Source: Anthoceros angustus (lineage: Eukaryota > Plantae > Anthocerotophyta). Taken from it: a stretch of DNA of 64,000 nt. Each line of letters opens with the position of its first letter. Position 1 is the first letter of the stretch. The DNA is taken from contig MU008164.1 in the NCBI GenBank assembly GCA_010909165.1, positions 1,054,001 through 1,118,000 on the forward strand, read 5' to 3'. Positions 1-11,582 of the stretch are shown piece by piece. Under the pieces are notes generated by a model. The model worked only from the letters and a program-made list of their open reading frames with translations. It did not search any database and was not told where the DNA came from. The translations under genes and the position numbers were made by a program.

Positions 1-3000
1 CTGATTGTCGCAGTGCAAGGGTCTTGGTATTTGCTGGATTTCTCCTAACTCCGCGAGCTCGTAAAGCTGCCAGAGTCCTTCCTTACATGCATGGGTTAAG
101 GAGCGTTACTCGCCTCCGTGAGCCGAGTGAGACTGCTTGTCGCCGCTTGTCGCCAAATTTTATCACGTCCCACGAGTAAGAAGACGTAGCTACTTATGCT
201 CTTTCTGTTGTCCTTGTTGCCGACCCAGTCAGTGTCACTGAACCCCTCGAGTTGTAAATGTTGGTCCTGTTGGATTTGAGAATGATAGAGCAGTCCCATA
301 TCCGAGGTTGCTCTCAAATATCTGAAGATCCTCTTTACTACCTTCCAATGAACTTGAGTAGGAGCAGATAAAAACTTAGATAAAGCTCCCACTGAAAATG
401 CATGGTCTGGTCTAGTGCAGACCATTAAATACATTAAACTTCTGAGAGCGGAAGAATAGGGCAGCGCTTCGGTGCTATGATCATTGGCTTCATGTTATTG
501 ATCATCATCCTCAGTTAGCTTTTGGTTAGTTTCCATAGGTGTAGAAATAGGCTTAGAGTCTATCATCCTGTACTTAACTAGAATTTCTTGTATATATTTA
601 GACCGATGGATAAATAAACTTCTAGCCTTCCTATCTCTAACAATTTGAATCCCTAGGCAAAAGGAAAGCTCTCGACATGTGGTCATCGAGAATCGCTCAG
701 CAAGCATCATGCGAGTATTTTCTAGGATATGCTTTGAGTTAGACGTGAGAACGATATCATCGACGTAGACCCCTAGAACAATGAAGTGACCATTAAGTCT
801 ATTGATATAGATATTGCTATCTGAGCTTAGTCTAGTGAAGCCTAAGTCCTGAAGGGTGACATCTAATTTTTCATACCATTCAAGAGCACTTTGTTTGAGT
901 CCGTAAAGTGCTTTTAGTAATTCATAGGCATTAAACTGATTGTCCTTAACTTGTATACCTTCAGGTATTTCCATGTAGATCTTGTGTTTGAGATCGCCGT
1001 ATAGGAAGGCTGTTTTGGTATCTAACTGCATCAACTCATAATCATGGTGAGCAGCTAAAGCCATTAGGATCCTTAATGAGGTAATTTTAAGTACCGGGCT
1101 AAAAGTCTCGTCAGAGTCGGCCGTGTTTCATGAAAATTTTTAGCGACTAATCTAGCCTTGTACCTCTCTATGATGCCGTCAGCATTTAGCTTAATCTTAA
1201 AGGTCCACTTAGAGCCAACTAACTTCCTACCCTTAGGTAATGTAGTCAGTTTCCAAGTTTTATTAGCTCTTAATGAATCTAATTCTGACCTGATGGCTTT
1301 CTTCCAGTTCTCCTTTTCGAGCCAAGTGATGGCCTCCTGATAGCTAGCTGGAACAAATTGATCTATAGCTGCGGTAAGACAATATGCTAAAGTGTTTTTA
1401 GGGTCTCTCCAATTAGTAGGAGAGTACCTGTGTATTTTGAGGGCATTGGTACGCTGAGAGCAACTTCCCCTAGTGTCATTAGTGCTATCAGGTTGTTGTG
1501 GTAGATCGTCAATGGTGTCCTCAAAATCAAGGTCTTCCTATCCGGCATTATCTGTTATATTTGGAATATCAGAAATAGGATAATTATCATAAATATTTCT
1601 ACTTGCCTTTGGGGTGCCGGGATAATGTCGGGATAGGCCTTGACTATTGTGTGGTTGAGGTACCGGGGCTTCATTTGCCGTATGCGGAGGAGAACCCGCG
1701 TCCATCTGTGTATGTCGTATCCCGTCCGTGGCTGCCTCTGAGCCGTGGGGTGCGTTGGTGAAGAGATCGCCTCGCGGCTTGCTTGTGAGGTGCGCCGGCC
1801 TATTTGCAGCCATGGGGCTGCGGCCGATGCAGGTCGGCCTGATCCCTTGCGTGCGCGCTGTGGAGAGGTGTCCGCATGCGCGCCAGGCAGTCCGTGGACG
1901 TGCGCGCCTGAAGATGAGGCGCGCGCGCCCGCATTGTGGCCGCTGCTTAGACCGCCGTGGTGAGCGCCTGCAGGGCTGTCCGATTGAAGATTTGCTTGCT
2001 GGAAATGGGAGCCTCATGTGTGTAGACTGCCTCCGTGCTCGCCTCGCCCAAGCGCCCGAGCTCTGCCCCTCTCAATCCGAGGGCGTTGGCTGGACATAGA
2101 GCCCGAGGGTGGTGATGCAGGTGAGTCAAGGTCCTGTTCTTCGAAATCGCCGAAGATGAGGTCTGGAGTGGCCACCGCAGTCGACGGAAGGTGTCAAGCA
2201 GTGTGTGGCTGGAGGTACGGGCTGGGCTGGTGGGATCTGCTGGTGAGGCGTGGGGAGCATCGTGGCCGAGGTGCTCCGGACGGTTATGTCGCCTCGCCGC
2301 CTCTGCTTGTGCGGTGGTGCTCGAGGGACGCCACCGAGGATTGGCCATGTCTTTGACAAATAGGACATCTCGTGAGTGAGTGATCCGATGTGTCTGTGGA
2401 TAAATGAGCTTGTACCCTTTCACTCCGTCCTTGAATCCAATGAAAATATACTTCTGTGCTCGATTGTCGAGCTTTGTCTGGGTAGCCTTTGGGGTGTGTG
2501 CATACACTGTTGATCCAAATACTCTGAGTGTGGATAGGTCAGGTTTCGACCCTGTCCAGGCTTCGAAAGGTGTTTGTTGTGGTAGGGAGGAGATAAGGCT
2601 CCGGTTTAGAATGTATACTGCATGGGACATAGCTTTAGGCCAGTAGCTTTTGGATAGGCCTGCATGGATCAGCATTGATAGACCGCAGTCTTGTATTGTT
2701 CTGTTCATCCGCTCTGCTACTCCATTATGTTGAGAGGTGTGTGGAGTAGTGACCTGCCGGCTGATCCCGTGATCTGTACAAAATTGCAGGAATTGATTGG
2801 AGTTGAATTCACCACCTCCGTCTGTGCGAATGGTAAGTAATGCTTCTCCAGTTTGCTTTTCAGCCCAGGTTTTATAGTCCTTGAGGCAAGTAAAGGATTG
2901 TGCCTTGTGTTTCAGCAGGTAGAGCACTGTGAAACGGGAGTAGTCATCTATCACAGGCATGAAGTAGAGGTAGCCAAATAGTGATCTTTTGAAGGGGCCA

Positions 3001-6000
3001 CATAAATCAGTGTGAACTAGTTGAAGTCTTCTTGTTGCTCTCGTCGTGGGCCCTTTGGGAAAGGGAGAACGATGACTCTTGCCTAGGGAACAAGCCGCAC
3101 AGATTCCGAAATCTTCAATCCTGGGGAGTGGAATGCCTGCAGCTGCCTGGGTTTTTAACATGTCCTTCAGCCGCTAAGTGTGCATATGTCCGAGGCGTGC
3201 GTGCCACAAGTAGGACTGACTGATGCTGGTGGCTGCAAATAGGGAAGAAGCTTTGGCACCTGGAGAAGTTGTGACATTCAGGTGATAGAGGTCGTCGTCT
3301 TTCAAGTCCCCTGTGGCTATTAGGTCTCCTTGTGAGGTCTCAATAATGTAGTGACCTCCGCCAAAGCACATAATGTACCGGATTGATCAACCTTCCGGAC
3401 TGAAAATAGATTCTTGGTCAAGCCAGGTACCAGCAGCACATCTGATATTTGTAGAGTAGAGTTGGGCTTGACATGCAGGTCCACTGTTCCGTGGCCTGAA
3501 ATTGTGGGTTTGGTGTCCCCAAGGCTCACGAAATGTGGAGGTGTGGTGGGGTTGACGTGGCTGAAGTATTCACGGTGTGGTGTCATGTGCTGGGATGCCC
3601 CAGAGTGTATGTACCAGGTATGTTGACCATGTGCTGAGAGACATGAGGCTACTAGGGCTGAGGGTGGAGGAGTGGTTAAAGCAGGTAATTGAATCACTTG
3701 TGTGAGGAAAGCCCTTGAATGTCGCTTCATGGTGAGGGCAAGTTGCCCTGATTACTGATACCGTGGATGGGCTGTGCAGCTTATCGTTTCCAACATTCTT
3801 CGTAGGTATGACCAGTGATCTTACAGTATCCACATACTGGTTTCCATGAAGGATTATAATTTCCACGTCCTCTGCTAGGGTAAGTGCCTCTGCCTCGATT
3901 GCTGCCTCTGAAATTGCCACGGCCTCTGCCCCTAGATCTGCCGCGTCCCGTGAAGAACGCCCTTGAGGAGGATTCGCCTATAAATGAGTTGCTGTATTTT
4001 TTCTTTCTAGCCTCTTCAGTCAGCATTGCGCTGATCACCTTGTTAACGGTGAGAGGTTGTACACCTTGTAGGGATTGGACTACACTAACCCAAGACTGCA
4101 AGGTGGATAATAGGAGAGTGCAGAAGATCCTCTTGATGGCGGAAGCTCAGAACTTTGTCATCCAGCTCCTAAAGTGCATGGTGTGTTGATCCACTGGTCG
4201 GGCCTTGACATTCGAGTCCAAGAAATTTTAATAGTATGCACTGGTGCATAATGTCCTGAGGCGTATATGTCATGTAGCTATTTCAGCCTCTACACCGCGA
4301 TTTGCTGACGCTCCCCACCCTCATAGATTACATGAGGATATTTTTGGCCTGCTGGTTTTAACATGTCCTTCAGCCGCTAAGTGTGCATATGTCCGAGGCG
4401 TGCGTGCCACAAGTAGGACTGACTGATGCTGGTGGCTGCAAATAGGGAAGAAGCTTTGGCACCTGGAGAAGTTGTGACATTCAGGTGATAGAGGTCGTCG
4501 TCTTTCAAGTCCCCTGTGGCTATTAGGTCTCCTTGTGAGGTCTCAATAATGTAGTGACCTCCGCCAAAGCACACATAACAGCCGGATTGATCAACCTTCC
4601 GGACTGAAAATAGATTCTTGGTCAAGCCAGGTACCAGCAGCACATCTGATATTTGTAGAGTAGAGTTGGGCTTGACATGCAGGTCCACTGTTCCGTGGCC
4701 TGAAATTGTGGGTTTGGTGTCGTCCCCAAGGCTCACGAAATGTGGAGGTGTGGTGGGGTTGACGTGGCTGAAGTATTCACGGTGTGGTGTCATGTGCTGG
4801 GATGCCCCAGAGTGTATGTACCAGGTATGTTGACCATGTGCTGAGAGACATGAGGCTACTAGGGCTGAGGGTGGAGGAGTGGTTAAAGGTAATTGAATCA
4901 CTTGTGTGAGGAAAGCCCTTGAATGTCGCTTCATGGTGAGGGCAAGTTGCCGACATCGATACCGTGGATGGTCAGGTACTTATCGCTTCCAACATTCTTC
5001 GTAGGTATGACCGGATCTTACAAGATCCACATCGGTTTCCATGAAGGATTATAATTTCACGCCCTCCGCTAGGTAAGTGCCTCGATTGCTGCCTCTGAAA
5101 TTGCCACGGCCTCGCCTAGATCCGCCGTCCGTGAAGAACGCCCTTGAGGAGGATTCGCCTATAAATGAGTTGCTGTATTTTTTCTTTCTAGCCTCTTCAG
5201 TCAGCATTGCGCTGATCACCTTGTTAACGGTGAGAGGTTGTACACCTTGTAGGGATTGGACTACACTAACCCAAGACTCTGGCAAGGTGGATAATAGGAG
5301 AGCTGCAGAAAGATCCTCTTGGATGGCGAAGCCTGTGGCTGTAAACTTTGTCATCCAGCTCCTAAAGTGCATGGTGTGTTGATCCACCTGGTCAGTCTCG
5401 GACATTCGGAGTCCGAAGAAATTTTTAATAGTATGCACTGTGTGCATAATGTCTGTTGAGGCGTATATGTCATGTAGCTATTTCCAGGCTTCGGCTGCAG
5501 TCTCTACACCTGCGATTTGCTGGACGTTCCCTGACCTCATAGATTACATGAGGATATTTTTGGCCTGTTGGTTTTTATCTTCCCACTCCTCTTTCGGTGC
5601 TGCAGTGGCGGTGGCGGGGGGTTGTGCTGTGAGAACAGGAGGGTTTCCTACACCGCCAACATACGCCCAAAGCTTACGTTCTTTCAAAATTTCAGTGATA
5701 TGGAATTTCCATACAGCAAAGTTGTCTTGCTGGCCATCGAAGCGGTCTTCCTTCGACAGGCTGATTGAAGATGTGGCCATTGTGGTAAGTGATGTGACTT
5801 AGTTGCTTAGAGGGTGAGGATTGTGTGCCTGAGTAGGCATGTAGTTTGTAGTTGGATAGTGATTAGGATTTTGTAGAGGTTGCAAGTGGTGGGGTTGGGA
5901 ACTATGTTGGCCTCTAAGTTCTGCAGTTTTTGGATTATGTTGTTTTGGAATTCTTCGATTTTAGGTGTTGGGGGGAGAATGTATAGGTTATCTGGTGAAC

Positions 6001-6456
6001 CTGGCACTATGAGAAGACAATTTTGTCTGCAGAGGTTGTGTAGGCTGCAGATTATGGATTCCTTAATTTGTGTTGGGTCAATTGGGGTGTGCACATCAAT
6101 TGTGGTTGTGAACTGTCTAATCATTGTGAATTGTTTTGTGCCTATTCTTGCATGTAGAGGAAGGTGAAGTGTATGTATGCTAGTCGTAGTCTCGTGGTTC
6201 AACAAAACCTCTGAGGTATAATTCTTCTGCGATCACAGGGAGGACGGAGCAGGTTCTGATCCAGGCGTAGTGCAGGAGGTTTTCATTGGCCTCTTTTAGG
6301 TAGCTCTGCTCTCTGTGGGTTCTTTGAATTTCCAGATTCTCAGAAATTCGATTTGCTCTTTGGAGCAAACGCTGTCTCCTCCGTAAGCCTGGCATGGCTA
6401 TAAGTCTTTATGTCTCATTATTATGTAGTGGAGATGTCAGGGGTGCTGTAGCGCCC

Positions 6457-6468
6457 GCTCTGATACCA
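6457..6468 (-). promoter_or_regulatory. Primer-binding site of copia-1 (tRNA-iMet, TGGTATCAGAGC)
   Basis: Plus strand gctctgatacca is the reverse complement of the canonical iMet PBS and directly abuts the LTR terminus. Confidence 0.92.
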
Positions 6469-6668
6469 TGTTTCGGTCGCATATGGACCTGGATCGATTG
6501 CTGTAGTATGGATTGAATAATTGGCTGAGCAGATGCGCTCAATACATGAGGGCTGTGCCCAAGCGTCATGTGTCTATAATCGTCTCGGTGTCGGTTCGAT
6601 ATGGTGCCTATTACGTATCTGCCTTAATCCGAATCGTGCTCTAAGGGCTAGTATGCTATATCTTAACA
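6469..6668 (-). repeat. 5' LTR of copia-1 (~200 bp)
   Basis: The inner end abuts the PBS. The outer end is inferred from minus-strand TGTTAAGA at 6668. No partner LTR in the window to confirm it. Confidence 0.6.
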
Positions 6669-6719
6669 GTATGGTCTCCCTCCGTGAAGTAATCTTCCCG
6701 TGAAGTCTCCACCATGAAG

Positions 6720-7072
6720 CAATCTGGCTTTGCAGTCCCGTAAGGCCTAGATGGCTACTCCAAGCTATTTGCCTCAAAGGCCTAGTGACGATTTATTGAC
6801 GACATACTGACGGCCACATGGGTGCTTACGAGGATGTGCGAAGGCCGATGTTCTAACAACCCTAAGAAAGAAAACCATGTGTATTGCACCCTAAAAGGAA
6901 TCTAAACACACCTTCTGATGACATCGGTACACGAGGGGCAGGCCCCCCCGATCGATGTCGTCAAGTGTGTCACATAAGAAGTTTTCTCGCTATATGCGGC
7001 GGGAAAACTTCTTATGTCACCCTCGATAAAAACCCTTGGTGGCTCCATGACGACTTCGGTATTCCATAGTTG
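6720..7072. mobile_element. Right end of a non-autonomous TIR element (same family as 50231-51102)
   Basis: Colinear similarity to about 50800-51102, including the inverted repeat gacatcgg...ccgatcgatgtc. Its terminus, reverse-complemented (CAACTATGGAATACCGAAGTCG), matches 50231 onward. Confidence 0.75.
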
Positions 7073-7232
7073 TCTACTTCTCGATATAGTAATGATTTTG
7101 CTGTCATTTTCTTTTTGATCACTTTGCATACATACTCTTACCTGGCATGTCTATTCATTCATTTATAAACTCTGACGGATACACTCATGCCAATAATGTC
7201 TACCATCTCCTACATTGACTTGAAAACGAGAG

Positions 7233-10200
7233 TTTTTATTGAGGTGAAAAAACGATGGGAAGAGCCCATCCAGGAGGGGATAACCAAAGGGGACCTAGGG
7301 ATCGAGGTGGAGAGGAGCAACTGAGCTCCCTACCTAAAGTCACCTATTGCACCCACAATGTCATATGCAGGAAGAATAAACGGCATGCAAACTACGGAGG
7401 TAGAGGAAGATGCGTCACCTACTATCGCCACCTTGTGGTGGATCGTCGTTGAGAGCGCCCGTTGAAGGGCAATTGCAACCCGTTGTCGGAAGTATGCTGT
7501 GAAGTACGAGAGGGACAGCCTCGCACCGTGTCTGCGCGCATGGTAAGCTTTGGCACAAGACTTGACAAATTCGTCAAAGTCCTCAGCCATTGCCCCATAC
7601 GTTTCTAGTGCAAGTGGAATAAAGAGGTGGCCTGCTTGCATCTTGCTATATTTATGGACCTTGAGAGCCGCTGCTCCAGCAGCAGCCCAACCTCGACAGT
7701 TAGTGATGACCTGAGCAGTTCGAAACCTGGTCGCCATGGACGAGGTACAGGTCAACCCTGATTAACGACCTGTACGGAAAGTATACCCCCGCTCCCTCCA
7801 GGCCATGTAGCCGCTTTCGCGAGTGATGGCGAACATGACATCGCGGATGGCATCGTGAGTGGCAATGGGATGACCCCTGTAGGGACAACGAGCAAGGTGT
7901 ACCCCAGAATCATTGAGGGCAGAGCCGCACTCGCAAGTAAGGAGCGAAGAAGCCACAGGATGGAGGAGGCCAAGACGGAATCGCATCGCAGTAGTGAAGG
8001 TAGTTGGTGCGATGTGAAAACCCCGTATGCATGGGTGGGCCAATAGACGAGCACCTGCGCCCTTCCCAGAACAACCGTGCTCTTGTGGACCTGGGGATGG
8101 AGGGGTCCTAGAGGATAGACTGGAAAGCCTGGCTGAGCTGCTTCTCGAGCATGGATGCCTCCAACCCCCTGAAATTATTAGTAATAAATGTCAAGAAAGG
8201 AGGGAAGTCCTTTTGAGCATGCACTGATAACATATCCCTAGCCTATCTCAAGGACATTTGGAGAGAGAAGGTTCCCTCTTCCACATTTGATACGAGATCC
8301 TCCAGAAAGGGCCTATCATCAGCTAAAGCAGGGGCAGAGAGGGCCCAACTGCCTAGGAAAGCCGCCGGGGAAGAGACCTCAAGCGAGAGCAGACCTATGC
8401 CTCCTAATTGCACAGGCAGGGACGATTGCCAGCGGGCCAAATCGCCTATAGGGCCCAAATCCCCCTGAGCCCATAATGTCCCCAAGAGTATCCATAATCT
8501 TCCAATCAAACCGCCACAGCCGGGACAAAATGGTCAGGGATGGAGGCAGCGTACGGACGAAGTAACCAGGGCTCCTAGCAAAACACGAAGAAAGAATTCT
8601 AAAGACCACATGTGCATCCTCCAGCAAAAGGAGGTCCTCGACATGGGAGAGGTCCTCTGCGAGAGCTTGGTTCAGGAAGCTCCCGATGAAGTCAGGGAAA
8701 CCGAAGGGGACCCCTAGAATCCGCAGTCCCAAAGCCGGAGCAATATCCCGAGCAGGAAAATGAAAATTAGGCGGTAATTCCCCGGCGGAGACCGTGACTT
8801 AGATTGAGCCTTGACCTTCAAGCCCACCAAAGAAAGCTCATGAGAGAAGAGCTCAAAGGCCTCCTTGACTTTGTCCCCAGGCCTGAGGATGTGAGAATCG
8901 TTTGCCAGCGAAGGGAAGTCACGCGCTGAGAAGGCGGCCCAGGATAGGACCCTATAGTGAGCAATGGCGAAGAGAGCACCGCCTAAGGGGTCGCCTTGCC
9001 TAGTACCTGTGGCCGATTCCAAGACAGAGACAGCAAATCGTGAGGACCCGTTCTTGTGCTGGTAGTAGAGGTTGGAGGACCTCTCGTAGAAGCACTGGAC
9101 AAAAGGTATAAGGCTCCCCAGGATGCCGCCAGCACCCCTAAGCTCCTTGAAGATGACGATCCTAGAAATGGTATTGAAGGCGTTCTCGACATCTACCTGT
9201 AAGACCACCCACTCCGAATGGGTATCGAGGCATGCCTTCACTCCAAGCACCACAGACTCACAGCCCCCCAGAGTGACAATCCCAAATTGAAAGGGGTTGA
9301 GATGATATTGAGAAGGGAGAAGCACTGAGGGGCAATAGTGCAGCTGAGAAGCCGCATGTAGCCTTTCCCAACCGCGAGTGGGTGCACGCCCGAGCCTGGG
9401 GCAGGCTTGTCCATAGCAACAAGCTTGCTAGCTGCAAAAACATGGGAAAACAGAGGTGTCTCACCCCGAGCCACCACAGCGGCCAGAGAAAAGAGTCTTG
9501 GGAAGCCACTAGATGGATCTTCGTGGAGAAAAGGTCCCCGAGGTGTTCAAACACCATTCTTGACAACCCGATGAAAGACGTGTAGAGAGCCAAAGTAAAA
9601 GCTGCTCGATCCAGGGAGAAGGGATCTTCAGGGACATATTCGGATATGTCCGGGGGGATGGCATCCTTGGATGATGGATGGAGAGCACGGAGGGCAACAA
9701 TGGTCTCTTCAGAAGCAAGGACCAGGGGGGAGGGGTCGAAAAGCCCTGGCAGTGCGAGCATATTCACTCGCCTAACTAAGCAACTTGCAACGGTGCAAGT
9801 TTGTTGCATTACCCGGACTGCTCCAACCGCGAGTGGGTGCACGAGCTGGGCGTTGTCCATAGCAACAAGCTTGCTAGCTGCAAAAACATGGGAAAACAGA
9901 GGTGTCTCACCCCGAGCCACCACAGCGGCCAGAGAAAAGAGTCTTGGGAAGCCACTAGATGGATCTTCGTGGAGAAAAACGTCCCTGAGGTGTTCAAACA
10001 CCATTCTTGACAACCCGGCAGATGAAAGACGTGGGGCCGTAGAGAGAGCCAAAGTAAAAGCTGCTCGATCCAGGGAGAAGGGATCTTCAGGGACATATTC
10101 GGATATGTCCGGGGGGATGGCATCCTTGGATGATGGATGGAGAGCACGGAGGGCAACAATGGTCTCTTCAGAAGCAAGGACCAGGGGGGAGGGGTCGAAA

Positions 10201-11325
10201 AGCCCTGGCAGGGCGAGCATATTCACTCGCCTAACTAAGCAACTTGCAACGGTGCAAGTTTGTTGCATTACCCGGGACCTGTTCCAACTGCTGTGCGGAT
10301 TCCGCCCGAGCCTTGGCAGCATGTATTGCCTCCTCCTGGAGGGATGCCTAGTCACAAGTCCGAAAGCACCAGAATGGCTAGCAACTTCCCGATGCCCGGA
10401 AGCCCCACCCCTGATACACCGAAGACACCACTGGGGGAGAAGCAGGAGAAGGCACCAAGCTGACTCGTCCTGGGGATCGAGTGCAAGGAGATCCAAGGGA
10501 AGACGGAACGCCAAACAAACATCATCATGTAGGTGGCGAGGAAGCCTGCGGAAGATGCGCGGGCATGCAAAGCGGGTTTTAAACATCCCAAGGATGTGAT
10601 CCTGCTGACCCCGCAGCCATTCCTAGGAAGAGAAAGGCACCCCTGTGGAGGACGACATCGACGGAGCTCGTGACCGCAGAATCGGAGGAGGTTGCAATGT
10701 GCACTTGGGCAGCCCAAGTAGTCCGGTCGAAATCTTTATGCATGTACTCGATGTGGGTTTTCACCCCCTTGACACCGCAGCAGAGTTGAGCACAGATAGG
10801 ACATGGAGTGTCCTTGGACAGTTACAAAAGGTGTGGACCGCCTCATAGGGTAGGGTACAAAAACAGCCTGCAAACGCTAGTCGGAGGGTGACAAGGCCGA
10901 GGAGGTACTGAGGATCGGGGACAAAATGACCCCAGCCTTTATCAGACATACGGAGTGTGAGCTCCATATGGCAAACCCCAAAAGGCCGGCCAAAGAGCCT
11001 TGCCTAGAGGGATTGCAACCCACAGAACCACTCCCGACCCACCAAACCAAACCAGCAAGAACTTGAACCAAAAGTCAAAGAACTCACCACCGCAGAAACT
11101 CAACAAAATCCGTGAAAAATAAATTCTAACGCCACCACAAGAACGCACGGGCCGCACTGGCACACGACAAGACTCTGGCCGGGCCGCAGCCCATAGCCGG
11201 GCCCCGCCCGAGCAACCGGGCCCCTCCACTGCCCGGCGACGCCGCCATGCCCACTACCTACGCACGGCATTGTGCGCTGGAGTAGAGACAAAGTGAGGCG
11301 ATGCAAAGTGGTGGGAAGTGTGCGC
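7233..11325 (-). mobile_element. CRE-clade-like non-LTR retrotransposon (RT plus restriction-like endonuclease), frameshifted
   Basis: N-terminal zinc-finger remnant (MKTHIEYMH), RT motifs (FQFG..GGCE, VDVENAFNTISR, GTRQGDPLG), CxCG...H..C knuckle, HDAIRD...RVDL endonuclease region, K.HKY...FIPLALETYG and RQRVAIALQRA. Minus-strand AATAAAAA at the 3' end (~7233-7240). Confidence 0.85.
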
Positions 11326-11582
11326 TCGATGAAATAGGTCTAGCTTAGGGCACTATTCATTAGGGCCTCATTACTTAAACATTAATTTAGAGCTAGGGCT
11401 TTAGGTAGTTAGTTGTTACAACAACTTATAGTTGCAACAACTTATGGTTGCAACTACTTATGGTTACAACAACATATTGTTGTAACCACCCAACCACCCA
11501 CCTATTTAAAGGCTTGTACTTTACTCATTAATCAATTCATTCCATTGTTTCTCTTCTATCTAAGAGCTATTGATTCTCATCA
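11326..11582 (+). repeat. 5' LTR of copia-2
   Basis: Direct repeat of 21873-22128; ends ...tctcatCA followed by the PBS. Confidence 0.93.

Larger units (their letters stand above)
1..6668 (-). mobile_element. Ty1/copia LTR retrotransposon (copia-1); 3' part runs off the window start; degenerate or frameshifted
   Basis: Minus-strand order is gag (ATG 5780, RGRG plus CxxCxxxxHxxxxC knuckle), protease (WYIHSGASQHM), integrase (1947-3161, LVHTDLCGP, IRTDGGGEF, HNGVAERMNRT), RT (495-1340, YVDD) and RNase H (FSDTDW). Integrase before RT marks copia. A PBS and 5' LTR lie at the right end. Confidence 0.95.

Noticed and set aside
1538-2379. Overlapping Arg/Pro-rich ORFs on both strands
   Set aside because: GC-rich integrase-RT linker of copia-1; shadow frames with no recognisable motifs.
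7131-7147. atactcttacctggca resembling the U1 snRNA 5' end near the CRE 3' flank
   Set aside because: It has a 2-nt insertion and no downstream U1 sequence or Sm site; likely chance.
9646-10599. 317-aa + strand ORF
   Set aside because: Antisense shadow of the duplicated CRE ORF.
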